Source of the DNA: Thermoanaerobaculia bacterium
GTDB taxonomy: Bacteria > Acidobacteriota > Thermoanaerobaculia > Multivoradales > UBA5704
DNA length: 64,000 bases
NCBI GenBank assembly: GCA_044226625.1
Contig: JBGAGQ010000002.1
Location: 128,001 to 192,000, forward strand
Direction: 5' to 3'
How positions within the stretch are numbered: the first letter of the stretch is position 1; each line of letters opens with the position of its first letter. Both the position numbers and the translations under genes were made by a program. Below, in pieces: positions 1-10,610 of this stretch. Below the pieces are notes generated by a model. That model was not told the origin of the DNA, did not search any database, and worked only from the letters and a program-made list of their open reading frames with translations.

Positions 1-2394
1 GGCTCGGTTCGCCGGCTCGAGGCTTGCCAACGAGGCGACAGCGGCCAGGGCGAAAACCACCGACGGGATCGCTGCGGCCGAGACCGGAACCGCTCCTGGC
101 AGCAATCCGACGAGCGCGCGCCAGGCGAGCCAGACTCCAGGGGCGCCGCTAAGGAGGCCGAGCGCGGTCAAGGCGAGGCCGCGTCGTGCCACGAGAGTGA
201 CGACCTTCCGGCGATCGGCGCCGAGCGCCATCCGGATGCCCAGCTCGCGAGTGCGCCGGACCACCGAATAGGACATCATGCCGTATACCCCGACCGCCGC
301 GAGGAGCAGCGCCACCAACGAGAATCCCCCCATCAGCGCCACGATCACGCTTTCTCCCTCGAATTGTCGATCGACATGCGATCGAAACGATTGGAGGTCG
401 GCGACGACGAGGTCTCCATCGATCTGGCGGATCGCTTCCCGGACCGCCGGACCCAGGGCCGCGGGATCGCCTTCGGTTCGAAGGAGGAAGTGAACCCGGG
501 CCGAAGGGACCTGGGCGAGAGGTAGGTAGGCGAGCGGCGGTGGGCCACCGCGATCGAGGAGGCGCCCCTGCTGAACGTCGGCGGCGATACCCACCACACG
601 AACTGGGTGCCCGGCGATCCGGATGCGACGTTCCGGCACGTCGGTGAGAGGAAGTGAAGCGAACAGCCGGTGCGAGGCCTCGCGGCTGAGCACGGCGGCG
701 GGTTCGGATCCTTGCCGATCTTCGAGGGAGAGATCGCGCCCGGCGAGAAGCGGCACCCCGAGGCTCGCGAAGTAGCCCGGCGGAATCGAGACCACGTTGA
801 CGGTCATTCGGTCGCCTTCCTTTTCGCGGGTGGCTCGTCCCCTCTCGCCGCCGATGGCGACGGGCATCTCGTTTCCCTCGCGGCTTCGCGGCAGGATCGA
901 CGTCGCCGTCGCCCCCTGGACGCCGGGAATCGAGCGAAGGGTGGCGAGCGTCTTTTCGAGCAGCCTCGCCGACTCGCCCGGCGCGCCGTAGCGGGCGGCC
1001 GGAGGGGTGAGGCGGAACGTCAGGAGGCGGTCGGGTTCGAATCCCGGCGAGAGGGTCCGCAGGTCGATCATCCCCTTGAGCAGCAGCGCTGTGCCGGAGA
1101 GCATCGTGAGGGCGAAGGCGAGCTCGCAAACCACCAGGCCGTGGGCGATCCAGCGCCTTTTCCGCTCATGAGTCGCCGAACGAGATCCGGCCGCGAGCCA
1201 CGAGGCGAGGTTGGGATTCGTCGCGGCGAGAGCCGGAACGAGGCCGAACAGGAGGCCAGCTCCGAGCGAAGCGGCCACACCGAAAAGGACGACCCTCCCG
1301 CTTGCCGCCGGGGCGAATCGCGCGGGAAGTTGGTCGGCGAGCAGACGGGTGAGGCAATCGATCGCGCCGCGGGCGATCAACAGCCCCAGGAATCCTCCAG
1401 CCAATGCGAGAAGCATGCTTTCGGTGAGGAGTTGGCGCGCTACCCTCCAGCGCCCTGCACCGAGCGCGGTGCGCACGGCGAGCTCACCTCGACGGTCTTC
1501 CCCCCGGGCGAGGAGCACGTTCGCCACGTTGGCGCACGCGATCAGGAGGACGAGCAGCATGGCCGACTGGAGCAGGGCGTAGAGCCGGCGGTCGCTCTTG
1601 GCGGGAATCTGCTCGCGCAGCGTTTTGGCCTGGGCGGTGTAACCGCGATCCGCTTCCGGGTGCTCCCGTGCGAGAGAGGAAGTGATCGCGCTGAGCTCGA
1701 GGCGCGCGCTCTCGATCGAGACTCCGGGGGCGAGCCGGGCCATCGCGATCAGGTCGCGCCGGTCGCGCGCGGCCTCTTCGCGGTCGAGAACGAGCGGCAC
1801 CCACACCTGGACGTGTGGCTGGAGGAACTCGAAGCTCTCGGGCAGCACGCCGACGACGGCATGCGGCCGACCGTCGAGCCGAATCGTCGATCCGAGGATC
1901 TTCGGGTCACCGCCGAAACGGCGGCGCCAGAGCTCGTGGGAAAGGACGGCGACCGGCGAGTGGCCGGTGACACCGTCGGCCGTCTCGAACGGCCGCCCCC
2001 GCTCCATCGTCACTCCGAGAAGCGGCAGGAGTCCCGGAGTCGCGACGATCGTCGCCAACTCTTCCGGCGCGTAGCCGCCCGCGAGCGTGAGCGTTCCCGG
2101 TCGAAACGCCTCCAGAGCTGAGAAGCTCCGGCTGCGTGCCCGCCAATCGAGGAAGTTGGCGGGTGAAACGAGCGATTCGTCGTCCGGAACGTCGCGTCGA
2201 CTTTCCAGGAGGACGGCCAAGCGATCGACGTCCGGGTAGGGGAGAGGGCGGAACAGCGCGGCTTCGATCAGGCTGAAGACGGTCGTATTGCCGGCGATCG
2301 CCAGCCCGACCGACAGCAACATCACCGCCGTCGTGCCGCGGTATTGACCCAGCATCCGGACTGCATGACGGAGATCGGTCGCAAGCGTGCCCAT
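1..2394 (-). CDS. ADOP-type duplicated ABC permease (MacB/FtsX family), 3' end runs off the window
   Basis: Manual translation from ATG 2394 (GGAGG upstream) gives [55 protein letters not shown]. Contains [16 protein letters not shown] and [25 protein letters not shown]. In frame to base 1; absent from the ORF track because there is no stop. Confidence 0.9.
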   Translation of the reverse strand, partial: MGTLATDLRHAVRMLGQYRGTTAVMLLSVGLAIAGNTTVFSLIEAALFRPLPYPDVDRLAVLLESRRDVPDDESLVSPANFLDWRARSRSFSALEAFRPGTLTLAGGYAPEELATIVATPGLLPLLGVTMERGRPFETADGVTGHSPVAVLSHELWRRRFGGDPKILGSTIRLDGRPHAVVGVLPESFEFLQPHVQVWVPLVLDREEAARDRRDLIAMARLAPGVSIESARLELSAITSSLAREHPEADRGYTAQAKTLREQIPAKSDRRLYALLQSAMLLVLLIACANVANVLLARGEDRRGELAVRTALGAGRWRVARQLLTESMLLALAGGFLGLLIARGAIDCLTRLLADQLPARFAPAASGRVVLFGVAASLGAGLLFGLVPALAATNPNLASWLAAGSRSATHERKRRWIAHGLVVCELAFALTMLSGTALLLKGMIDLRTLSPGFEPDRLLTFRLTPPAARYGAPGESARLLEKTLATLRSIPGVQGATATSILPRSREGNEMPVAIGGERGRATREKEGDRMTVNVVSIPPGYFASLGVPLLAGRDLSLEDRQGSEPAAVLSREASHRLFASLPLTDVPERRIRIAGHPVRVVGIAADVQQGRLLDRGGPPPLAYLPLAQVPSARVHFLLRTEGDPAALGPAVREAIRQIDGDLVVADLQSFRSHVDRQFEGESVIVALMGGFSLVALLLAAVGVYGMMSYSVVRRTRELGIRMALGADRRKVVTLVARRGLALTALGLLSGAPGVWLAWRALVGLLPGAVPVSAAAIPSVVFALAAVASLASLEPANRA

Positions 2395-2523
2395 GGCGGC
2401 CCTCCGGGTCCTGGCATTCGGAGAAGGGTACGGTATGCGGGCGGTGAAGTTTCCGATGCGATAGATTCCGTCGGAATCCTCGCATTACGGTATTCCCCTA
2501 CCAACCATCCGCCTGGAGGGAGC

Positions 2524-4197
2524 ATGGCGTCGGACATCGAAATCGCACAGCAGGCCCGGCTCACGCGCGTCTCGACCATCGCCCAGGAGCGTCTCGGCAT
2601 CGCCGAGGAGCACCTGGAGCCGTACGGCCATTACAAGGCGAAGATCTCGCTCGAATATCTCGCCGGCTTGAGCGACCGGCCGGACGGCAAGTTGATCCTG
2701 GTGACGGCGATGACGCCGACTCCCGCGGGCGAGGGCAAGACGACTACCTCCGTGGGCCTCGGCGACGCGCTCAACAAGATCGGCAAGAAAGCGTTGATCT
2801 GCCTGCGCGAGCCGAGCCTGGGACCGGTGTTCGGAATGAAGGGCGGAGCGGCGGGGGGCGGCTACGCTCAGGTCGTGCCCATGGAGGACATCAACCTCCA
2901 CTTCACCGGCGACTTCAACGCCATCGGCCTTGCCAACAACCTCCTCGCCGCGATGGTCGACAACCACATCCACCACGGCAACGAGCTGGGCATCGACGTC
3001 CGGCGCGTCACCTGGAAGCGCGTGGTCGACATGAACGACCGGGCGCTGCGCGAGATCGTCGTCTCGCTGGGCGGTTTCGGCAACGGCTATCCGCGCCAGG
3101 ACGGCTTCGACATCGTGGTCGCTTCCGAGGTGATGGCGATCTTCTGCCTCTCGACCTCGCTCGCCGATCTGAAGGAGCGCCTGGGCAACATCGTCGTCGG
3201 CTACACCCGCGACCGGAAACCGGTGCGCGCCCGCGACCTCAAAGCTCACGGGGCGATGACCGTCCTCTTGAAGGACGCTCTCCAACCGAACCTCGTGCAG
3301 ACGCTCGAAAACAACCCGGCGATCCTGCACGGCGGGCCGTTCGCCAACATCGCCCACGGCTGCAACTCGGTGATCGCGACCAAGGCGGCGCTGAAGCTCG
3401 CCGATTACGTGGTGACCGAGGCGGGCTTCGGCGCGGACCTGGGAGCGGAGAAGTTCGTCGACATCAAGTGCCGCAAATCGGGGCTCCGCCCGTCGGCCGC
3501 GGTGGTCGTCGCGACGATCCGCGCGCTCAAGTACCACGGTGGCGCCGACTTGAAGACGCTCACCACGGAGAACCTCGACGCGCTCGAAAAGGGGCTGGTC
3601 AACCTCGAGCGCCACGTCGAGAACGTCCAGAACGGTTACGGCTTGCCGGTCGCCGTGGCGATCAACCGCTTCTCCTCCGATACCGACGCCGAGATCGCGC
3701 TCGTCGAGGCGAAGATGGCGAAGCTCGGCGTCAAGGTCGCCCTCGCGACCCACTGGGCGAACGGCGGCGCCGGAGCCACGGACCTCGCGCATCTCGTCGT
3801 CGAGCTGTGCGAACGGCCGTCGACGTTCCGATTCGTCTACGAGGACTCCGACACCCTCTGGGAAAAGCTCGAAAAGATCGCCAAGACCATCTACCGCGCC
3901 GACGGTGTCACGGCCGACTCCAAGGCGAAGACCCAACTCGATCGCCTCCAGGCGGACGGCTACGGCCACTATCCGGTCTGCGTCGCGAAGACCCAATACT
4001 CCTTCTCGACCGACGCCTCGCGCCGCGCGGCGCCCAGCGGATACGAGCTCGACGTCCGGGAGGTCCGCCTCGCGGCCGGCGCCGAGTTCGTGGTGGCGGT
4101 CTGCGGCGAAATCATGACCATGCCCGGGCTCCCGAAGGTCCCCTCCGCCCAGGCGATCGACCTTGACGAGAACGGCAAGGTGGTCGGGTTGTTCTAG
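2524..4197 (+). CDS. fhs: Formate--tetrahydrofolate ligase
   Basis: MASDIEIAQ start; [45 protein letters not shown] and MTMPGLP motifs. Confidence 0.98.
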   Translation: MASDIEIAQQARLTRVSTIAQERLGIAEEHLEPYGHYKAKISLEYLAGLSDRPDGKLILVTAMTPTPAGEGKTTTSVGLGDALNKIGKKALICLREPSLGPVFGMKGGAAGGGYAQVVPMEDINLHFTGDFNAIGLANNLLAAMVDNHIHHGNELGIDVRRVTWKRVVDMNDRALREIVVSLGGFGNGYPRQDGFDIVVASEVMAIFCLSTSLADLKERLGNIVVGYTRDRKPVRARDLKAHGAMTVLLKDALQPNLVQTLENNPAILHGGPFANIAHGCNSVIATKAALKLADYVVTEAGFGADLGAEKFVDIKCRKSGLRPSAAVVVATIRALKYHGGADLKTLTTENLDALEKGLVNLERHVENVQNGYGLPVAVAINRFSSDTDAEIALVEAKMAKLGVKVALATHWANGGAGATDLAHLVVELCERPSTFRFVYEDSDTLWEKLEKIAKTIYRADGVTADSKAKTQLDRLQADGYGHYPVCVAKTQYSFSTDASRRAAPSGYELDVREVRLAAGAEFVVAVCGEIMTMPGLPKVPSAQAIDLDENGKVVGLF

Positions 4198-4213
4198 GAG
4201 GGGCCAGGTCCGA

Positions 4214-4245
4214 CCTCGCGGGCTTCCTTTCGGCGGCTCGTGAGG
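4214..4245 (+). terminator. GC-rich hairpin downstream of fhs
   Basis: CCTCGCGGGC...GCTCGTGAGG stem with G-U pairs; no clear U-tract. Confidence 0.4.
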
Positions 4246-4328
4246 CGCGATAGCCGAATGCTGCAGCACCCACCGGGGCTTTGCTATCTTTCTCGGATGC
4301 GGCCCCACGTGCCCAAGGGAAGTGTGCT

Positions 4329-4667
4329 TTGACGGTCAACGTCTCGGATTCCATGTTGGCGCAAATGGCTCAGGTCATCGTGGATGAATGCGAGCCGGAG
4401 AGGATCATCCTCTTCGGTTCGCACGCTCGCGGCGACGCCCGGCCCGATTCGGACGTCGACCTTCTGGTTATCGAGAGGGAGGGATTCAGCAAGGAGCGAA
4501 GCCGGCGCCGCGAAGCGGCGCTTCTCTGGCGCGCTCTCGCACGGTTTCCCGTACCGAAGGACATCCTGGTCTATAGCGCCGAAGAGGCTGCCCAGTGGAA
4601 GAGCCTTCCTGGTCACCTCTTGGCTCAAGCGCTCAGCGAAGGTCGCGTTCTGTATGAGCGAGTATGA
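4329..4667 (+). CDS. Minimal nucleotidyltransferase (MNT) antitoxin-like protein
   Basis: LFGSHARGDARPDSDVDLLVI (GS-x10-DxD); overlaps the downstream HEPN gene. TTG 4329 start is uncertain. Confidence 0.85.
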   Translation: MTVNVSDSMLAQMAQVIVDECEPERIILFGSHARGDARPDSDVDLLVIEREGFSKERSRRREAALLWRALARFPVPKDILVYSAEEAAQWKSLPGHLLAQALSEGRVLYERV

Positions 4668-5097
4668 TCTTCCCTCGAAGCTGATCGAACTGGCGCGGCG
4701 GGACCTCCGCGCCGCCGAAATACTTCGCGATCAGCCGGAAGTTGGAGACGGGATCGTCGGCTTCCATGCTCAGCAGGCCGCCGAGAAGGCGCTCAAAGCC
4801 TGGCTGACGATCCTCGGCATCGATTTTCCGAGGACGCATGATCTCAGCCTTCTGATCCAAAAGTTATCCGGGGCCGGCGTCGAGGTGCTGGCCCTCTGGG
4901 ATCTTCTCGATCTCAATCCTTTTGCGGTCCAACTTCGGTACGAGATTCTCGAAGGCGAGTCGTTCGATCACGCCTCGAGCCTCGAACAGGTGGCGGCACT
5001 TCTCGACGGCGTCGAGATGCTGTTAGCTGCCCCGGGCGCTGGACCTGAAACCCCCGGAGAACCCGAAAAGCCAGAAGGAAGCGGAACTGGCGCCTGA
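4654..5097 (+). CDS. HEPN domain protein (MNT-HEPN pair)
   Basis: ARRDLRAA, GFHAQQAAEKALKA, PRTHDL and AVQLRY motifs; ATG 4654 overlaps the MNT gene end. Confidence 0.85.
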   Translation: MSEYDLPSKLIELARRDLRAAEILRDQPEVGDGIVGFHAQQAAEKALKAWLTILGIDFPRTHDLSLLIQKLSGAGVEVLALWDLLDLNPFAVQLRYEILEGESFDHASSLEQVAALLDGVEMLLAAPGAGPETPGEPEKPEGSGTGA

Positions 5098-5160
5098 CGG
5101 CGGCAACCAGGTTCATCGAGCGGTCAGCACCCGGCCCGACCTATCAGACGCCTGCCCGCG

Positions 5161-7158
5161 CTACTCCTCGCTCAAATCCAGCCGGTACACCCCCAAAGCT
5201 GTTGCGGAATAGAGATGATTGGGGTTCTGCGGGTCTAGCGCGAGATTCCCCCGAGCCCCGAGCGGCAATCCCATGTTTAGGGGCATCCAGCGCTGGGCTG
5301 CCGCGTTCCAAATGAAGACGCCTCGCCCGTCGACTCCGGCATAGAGCTTCGTCGGGTCCTCGGGATCGACGACGATCGCCCCGATCGCGGCGGTTTCGAG
5401 ACCTCGGTTCATCGGCCGGAAAGTCCGTCCGGAGTCGCCACTCGTGAAGACCCCGCGATTCCGGGTCCCGACGTAGAGCTTCGCCGGATCGGCCGGATCG
5501 CGTGTCATCACCGGGAGCGATTCATCGTCGGGGCATAGCGAGTCGGGGAGGCCGCGTCCTTCGCTCAGCCAATGCTCGCCCCCGTCGGTGCTCTTCCGGA
5601 GGCCGTCGCAGGTGATGCCGAGAAGCGTGCCGGCGCGTCGAGGATCGGCCAGCACCGCACCCAGCCGGTGGAGCGGCGCGAGCGTGTCGTAGGTGGCGAA
5701 TCCGTCGTCGCTCTTCAGGAGGAAGTCCCCCATCCCGCTAAGATGGAAGAAGTAGTGCCCTGCGACGTAGACCGCGTCCGGGTTGCGCGGATCCAGGCCG
5801 ACCACGTGCATGTCGACGTCGCAGATCGAGCTGCCGCCATTGCAGTTGAACGGTACCGGAAGGATCGACCAGTCCCGTCCACCGTTCGTGCTGCGGGTCA
5901 GGAACGTCGCGACGCCGTCGAAGCCTGTGGCGTAGAGCGTGGTCGGCGACTCGGGAGGGATCGCCTCGAGGTGGGCTGGGGCTTCGCCGGGTCGCTCGAG
6001 AGCTCGTAGCGTCCAGCTTTGCCCGGAGTCGAGGCTTCGGAACACCGCCCTGTCGGTCGTCGCGTAGATCGCGGAAGGCCCCGTCGGAGCGGCTGCGATC
6101 GAGGCGATCCCCTGCGCGAAGATCCCCTGGTTCGACGCGGTCCAGGCCGCCCCGGCATTCGGAGAGAACCAAAAGCCGGTCGCGCCGGCCGCGAGCACCT
6201 TCTCGGGAACCCGAGACGGCGCGAGCTGCGTCAGCGTATCGCGCGGCTGGGAGGGAACGGTCGGGGCCGTCGGCAGCGGGGGCTGCCAGGAGAGCCCGCC
6301 GTCGAGGCTCCTCGAAGTGCCGAACGGGCCGGCGCCGACCAGCTTCCCCCCGGTCGTCGCGACCAGGTCGACGAGACCGAGGTTCGGCGCGAACGAGGTC
6401 CAGGTGGCGCCGGCATCGCTCGTGCGGAAGATCGGGTCGAGACGCTCGCCGGCCGTGAAGGCTACGTAGAGCGTTCCCGGATGGTCGGGATCGAAGACGA
6501 TCCGCGGGAGCTTGCCTTCGAAGGAGGTTGGCGTGACCTGCAGTCCCGTGTCGGACCAGTTTTGCCCCTCATCGAGACTTTTCCAGACGGTCCAAGACGA
6601 CGGTTCTCCCGGCTTGTAGACGATCGCATAGAGCGTCGACGGCGCGTGCGGATCGATCCCGACGGCGGCCACGAGGCGGCCGGAAAACGCCAAGGGGACG
6701 AAGCTGTCGGCGTGGTCCAACGAGAGGAAGAGCCCTTGTGCGTTTCCGGCGTAGACGACGCCGAAGCGCGCGGGATCGAGCGCCAGGGAGGCGGTGGCCC
6801 CGAGGTCCTTCCAGGTATGGCCGCCGTTGGTCGAACGAAACAGCCTTTGCGAACCCCGCGCGTAGACCCTGAAAAAGTTCTGGGGCGAGACGTAGAGCGC
6901 GTCGACTCCGAGCGGCAGGAGGGCACGACGCAGCCACGTGCTGCCGTTGCTCATGCTGCGGTAGACCCGGCCGTTCTGGGCTACGGCATAGAGCACATTG
7001 GGAGCCGACGGCGCCTCGGCGACGGCGGCCAGCGGTCCACCGGGCGGTGTGGCTCGCTGCCAAACGGGCGCGGCGTGAGCGGAGGGGTTCGAGGAGAAGG
7101 AGACGGCCAGCGCGAAGGCCGCGGCGCAGGCAAGAGATCGGATGGGTCGTTGGGGCAT
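5161..7158 (-). CDS. Secreted BNR/Asp-box beta-propeller protein
   Basis: Signal peptide (AHA-A); many S-x-D/N-G-G-x-T/S-W Asp boxes and DP-x-x-P-x-x-LYA blades; GGAGG before ATG 7158. Confidence 0.85.
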   Translation of the reverse strand: MPQRPIRSLACAAAFALAVSFSSNPSAHAAPVWQRATPPGGPLAAVAEAPSAPNVLYAVAQNGRVYRSMSNGSTWLRRALLPLGVDALYVSPQNFFRVYARGSQRLFRSTNGGHTWKDLGATASLALDPARFGVVYAGNAQGLFLSLDHADSFVPLAFSGRLVAAVGIDPHAPSTLYAIVYKPGEPSSWTVWKSLDEGQNWSDTGLQVTPTSFEGKLPRIVFDPDHPGTLYVAFTAGERLDPIFRTSDAGATWTSFAPNLGLVDLVATTGGKLVGAGPFGTSRSLDGGLSWQPPLPTAPTVPSQPRDTLTQLAPSRVPEKVLAAGATGFWFSPNAGAAWTASNQGIFAQGIASIAAAPTGPSAIYATTDRAVFRSLDSGQSWTLRALERPGEAPAHLEAIPPESPTTLYATGFDGVATFLTRSTNGGRDWSILPVPFNCNGGSSICDVDMHVVGLDPRNPDAVYVAGHYFFHLSGMGDFLLKSDDGFATYDTLAPLHRLGAVLADPRRAGTLLGITCDGLRKSTDGGEHWLSEGRGLPDSLCPDDESLPVMTRDPADPAKLYVGTRNRGVFTSGDSGRTFRPMNRGLETAAIGAIVVDPEDPTKLYAGVDGRGVFIWNAAAQRWMPLNMGLPLGARGNLALDPQNPNHLYSATALGVYRLDLSEE

Positions 7159-7205
7159 GACGGAGCCTCCTGTTTCGGAAAGGCGACGACCGAGGCGAAA
7201 ACCGC

Positions 7206-8666
7206 TCATGCCTCCCTTCCGGCGACGAGGTGATTGAACAGACGTACGTAACCGGCCCCCACCGCGTCCCAGGAGAAGTTCTGGGACATGCCGTTGCGGA
7301 TCAAGAGGTCCCAGGCCGGCCGGTTGTGGAAGAGATCGAGCGCCTGACCGAGCGCCCAGGCGAAACCCTCCGGGGTGAAATGCTCGAAGACGAACCCGTC
7401 ACCCCCGCCCGACGGATCGGAGAACGGGATCACCGTGTCGGCGAGCCCTCCCGTCTTGTGCACGATCGGCGGCGTGCCGTATCGCAGGCTGTACATTTGG
7501 TTCAGCCCGCAGGGCTCGAACTTCGAGGGCATCAGGAAAATGTCGGCGGCGGATTCGATCCGGTGGGCGAGCGGATTGTTGAAGCCACGGTAGAACCAGA
7601 CCTTGCCCGGGAACCGCTCTGCGAGCGCGGAGAAGAACTCTTCGTAACGCGGCTCGCCGCTGCCGAGGGCGACCAGCCGGACTTCGGCGTGGGCGAGGAA
7701 GACGGGCAGGGTCGAAAAGAGGAGATCGAAGCCCTTCTGAGGTGTCAGGCGGGAGACGACGCCGAGGAGCGGCACGTCGAGCCGCGACCCGTCGGGATCG
7801 AGGCCCGTGTCGCGGAGGAGCGCCCGCTTGTTCGCTTCTTTTCCGGCCATGTCCTCGAGCGAGAAATGCGCCGGCAGGTGCGGATCGCTCGCCGGATCCC
7901 ATTCCCCGTAATCGACGCCGTTGACCAGCCCGATCACGCCGCGGGCGCGGAGCCAGGGCTCGAGGCCGTAGCCGAGGTTCTCCTGGATCTCCCGGGCATA
8001 GGTGGGGGAGACCGCGGTCACTGCGTCGGCGTGGAGAATGCCTTGTTTCAGATGGTTCACGTGCCCCGAGAGGAGGTCGTCCTGGTGGAACAGGTAGGCC
8101 CACCGGCCGAGGCCGAGGTCCTCGACCAGACGCCGGTCGACCATCCCCTGATAGCCCGCGTTGTGGATGGTGAGGACCGTCTTGGTCCGAGCGAACAGGC
8201 GGTCCCAGGCGAAATGGCTCTTCAAGAAGATCGGCGCGAGCGAGGTGTGCCAGTCGTGGACGTGGACGAGATCGGGTCCCCATCCCATCCGTTGGCAGGC
8301 TTCGAACGCGGCAAGCGTGAGCACGGCGAAGCGGCGCGCGTCGGCCCAGTCGCCTTGATAGATCCCCTCGGCGCCGAACAGGTCGGGGCAATCGACGAAA
8401 TAGACGTCGACCTCGCTGCCTGGGAGCTTCGCGGTCCGTAGGCCGTAGGTGAAGCGAAGCTCGCCGAGCTGGAGAGGCACGTTCTGGATGAAATCGACGA
8501 GCGGAAATTTCTCGGGAGTCCGCGCGAGACTCGCGTAGTAGGGGACGAAAATCCGAACGTCCGCTCCCTCTCGGGCGAGGAACGCGGAGAGGCCGGAGAC
8601 GACGTCGCCCAGGCCCCCGGTCTTCGCGAACGGCGAGAGCTCGGCCGCGATCTGACAGACCTTCAT
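7206..8666 (-). CDS. glgA: Glycogen synthase
   Basis: MKVCQIAAELSPFAKTGGLGDVV, HVHDWH, TIHN and SKFEPCGLNQM motifs; C-terminal part of the 866-aa ORF. Confidence 0.96.
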   Translation of the reverse strand: MKVCQIAAELSPFAKTGGLGDVVSGLSAFLAREGADVRIFVPYYASLARTPEKFPLVDFIQNVPLQLGELRFTYGLRTAKLPGSEVDVYFVDCPDLFGAEGIYQGDWADARRFAVLTLAAFEACQRMGWGPDLVHVHDWHTSLAPIFLKSHFAWDRLFARTKTVLTIHNAGYQGMVDRRLVEDLGLGRWAYLFHQDDLLSGHVNHLKQGILHADAVTAVSPTYAREIQENLGYGLEPWLRARGVIGLVNGVDYGEWDPASDPHLPAHFSLEDMAGKEANKRALLRDTGLDPDGSRLDVPLLGVVSRLTPQKGFDLLFSTLPVFLAHAEVRLVALGSGEPRYEEFFSALAERFPGKVWFYRGFNNPLAHRIESAADIFLMPSKFEPCGLNQMYSLRYGTPPIVHKTGGLADTVIPFSDPSGGGDGFVFEHFTPEGFAWALGQALDLFHNRPAWDLLIRNGMSQNFSWDAVGAGYVRLFNHLVAGREA

Positions 8667-8668
8667 GC

Positions 8669-9806
8669 TCAAACGTAGGTCCCCGGCGGAATCACCGCGT
8701 TCTTCGGCACGACGATGATGCCGTCGCGAATCGTGTAGTTCGGGGTATCCAGGTTTTGGATCCCGGCCTCGTTCACCAGCTTGCTTCCCTCGCCGATCCG
8801 GGCGTTGAAATCGATGATCGCGTTCTTCACGTGGCAGTCGCGACCGATGCCGAGCGGAAGGTTCCCGCCGTCGGGCTCCGCTTCCCAGAAGTTCGCGCCC
8901 ATCATCACGACGCGTTCGACGACCGATCCCGCCCGGATCACCGAGCGGATGCCGACGATCGAGTCGCTCACCTGACTCCCTTCGAGAATGCTCCCCTCGC
9001 AAAGAACGGAGCAGTGGACGAAGCATTGGTTGATCTTCGTCCCGGTCGTAGGGGTAGGCGCAAACCTTGTAGTTCGAGAGCGCCTGGGGAATGACCTCGC
9101 GACCGAAGTCGATCGTGCCCGTCCCTTCGAGCAGCTCCTTGAGCACCTCGCGGCGGAACATGTAGATGCCCATGTTGGCGAGGTACGAGCCCTGCGGCGC
9201 GGGAAAGCCCAGCGCCCCCTGGGTGACCTCGTCGAGCGCGAGCCCGTCGAGCTGCGACTCCTCTTTGGGCTTCTCGTGGAAGGCGCGGATGCGCCCGGAG
9301 GCGTCGAGCTGGAGGATGCCGAATCCGGGCGCCTCGGCGCGCGTCACGGGCTTGACGGCGATCGTCAGGTCCGCTTCGCGCTCCCGGTGGATCGCCATCA
9401 GCTCGCGAATGTTCATCAGGTACAGTTGGTCGCCCGAAAGGATCAGAATGTCGGTCGGATTGCCCCCGAGAAGGTGGCCGAGGGTCTGGCGGATCGCGTC
9501 CGCCGTCCCTTGGAACCATTCGCGCCGGTCGAGCGTCTGCTCGGCGGCGAGGATGTTGACGAAACCCTGGCTGAACGAGGAGAAGCGGTAGGTCTGGTTG
9601 ATGTGGCGGTGGAGGCTCGCGCTGTTGAACTGGGTGAGGACGTAAATCTTGTCGATCCCGGCGTGGAGGCTGTTGCTGATCGGGATGTCGATCAGCCGAA
9701 ACTTGCCGCCCACGGGAACCGCGGGCTTCGCCCGATCGCGGGTGAGCGGCGACAACCGCGTGCCCTGACCGCCCCCCAGGATGGCCGAAACGATCTTCTC
9801 TTCCAT
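8669..9806 (-). pseudogene. glgC: Glucose-1-phosphate adenylyltransferase with internal deletion/frameshift near 9045 (real or assembly error)
   Basis: N-part: ILGGGQGTRLSPLT-DRAKPAVP, WFQGTADA, ILSGDQLY, DFGREVIP...CAYPYD. It then jumps to GTKINQC...SIVGIRS...DGIIVVPKNAVIP in another frame; the conserved YW-x-DIGT segment is missing. Confidence 0.85.
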
Positions 9807-9896
9807 CGCTGCCCCCTCGCCCTGCCGAGCCCTTGCCGTTTCCTCTTTATCCTAGCCCGAATTGCGCGACGGGTTTCGTCGGAGGAGAATGGCGGG

Positions 9897-10610
9897 ATGA
9901 CGAGCCCGCGGCAAGTCGATTGCGTCCTCATCGACCGCATCCCGTACGCGCGCGCGGTCGAGCTCCAGCTCGCCGCCCGCGAGGGAATCCGTCGCCGGGG
10001 GGAGCGCGAGCGTCTGTTTCTCCTCGAGCACCCCCACGTCTACACGCTCGGACGTAACGCCTCGATCGCCGATCTCTTGGTCGACCCGGGTTGGCTCGCG
10101 GCGCATCAGGTGGAGATCGCCGAGACGGACCGAGGCGGCCAGATGACCTATCACGGTCCGGGGCAGCTGGTGGGCTACCCGATCTTGAACCTCTCGCCCG
10201 ACCGGCGCGACGTGCGCCGCTACGTCCGCGATCTGCAGGAGACGCTGATCCGCACGCTCGCGGTCTTCGACATCTCCGCCGAGCCGCGGGACGGCCAGGC
10301 GTTCGTGGGCGTCTGGGTCGGAGAGGAGAAGATCGCCTCGATCGGGATCCACCTGTCGCGCTGGATCACCACCCACGGCTTCGCGCTCAACGTCACGACC
10401 GATCTCTCGATGTTCGGCGGCATCGTTCCCTGCGGCCTTCGAGGCATCGGGATGACCTCGATCGAGCGCCTGACGGGGGGGAGCCCCGCCGTTCGCGAGG
10501 TGGCGCGGATCTACGCCGGGATCTTCGCCGAGGTGTTCGATCGCGAGCTGATCTCGTCGCCGCCCGAGGGGGCGGAAACACCATGCCCCAGCGTGTCGAT
10601 CTCGGCCTGA
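9897..10610 (+). CDS. lipB: Lipoyl(octanoyl) transferase
   Basis: LLEHPHVYTLGR, DRGGQMTYHGPGQLVGYPI, KIASIG, THGFALNV and IVPCG motifs. Confidence 0.96.
   Translation: MTSPRQVDCVLIDRIPYARAVELQLAAREGIRRRGERERLFLLEHPHVYTLGRNASIADLLVDPGWLAAHQVEIAETDRGGQMTYHGPGQLVGYPILNLSPDRRDVRRYVRDLQETLIRTLAVFDISAEPRDGQAFVGVWVGEEKIASIGIHLSRWITTHGFALNVTTDLSMFGGIVPCGLRGIGMTSIERLTGGSPAVREVARIYAGIFAEVFDRELISSPPEGAETPCPSVSISA

Noticed and set aside
149-2121. Long Arg/Pro-rich or antisense ORFs (e.g. 149-1129, 670-2121 and many similar across the window)
   Set aside because: Shadow frames of real genes in high-GC DNA; no motifs.
2395-2523. THF or ZTP riboswitch upstream of fhs
   Set aside because: Only a short GATTCCG/CGGAATC hairpin is present; no recognisable aptamer consensus.
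7206-9806. 866-aa ORF as an evolved GlgC-GlgA fusion
   Set aside because: The linker is the off-frame reading of the intact glgC 3' end, and glgA has its own ATG at 8666.
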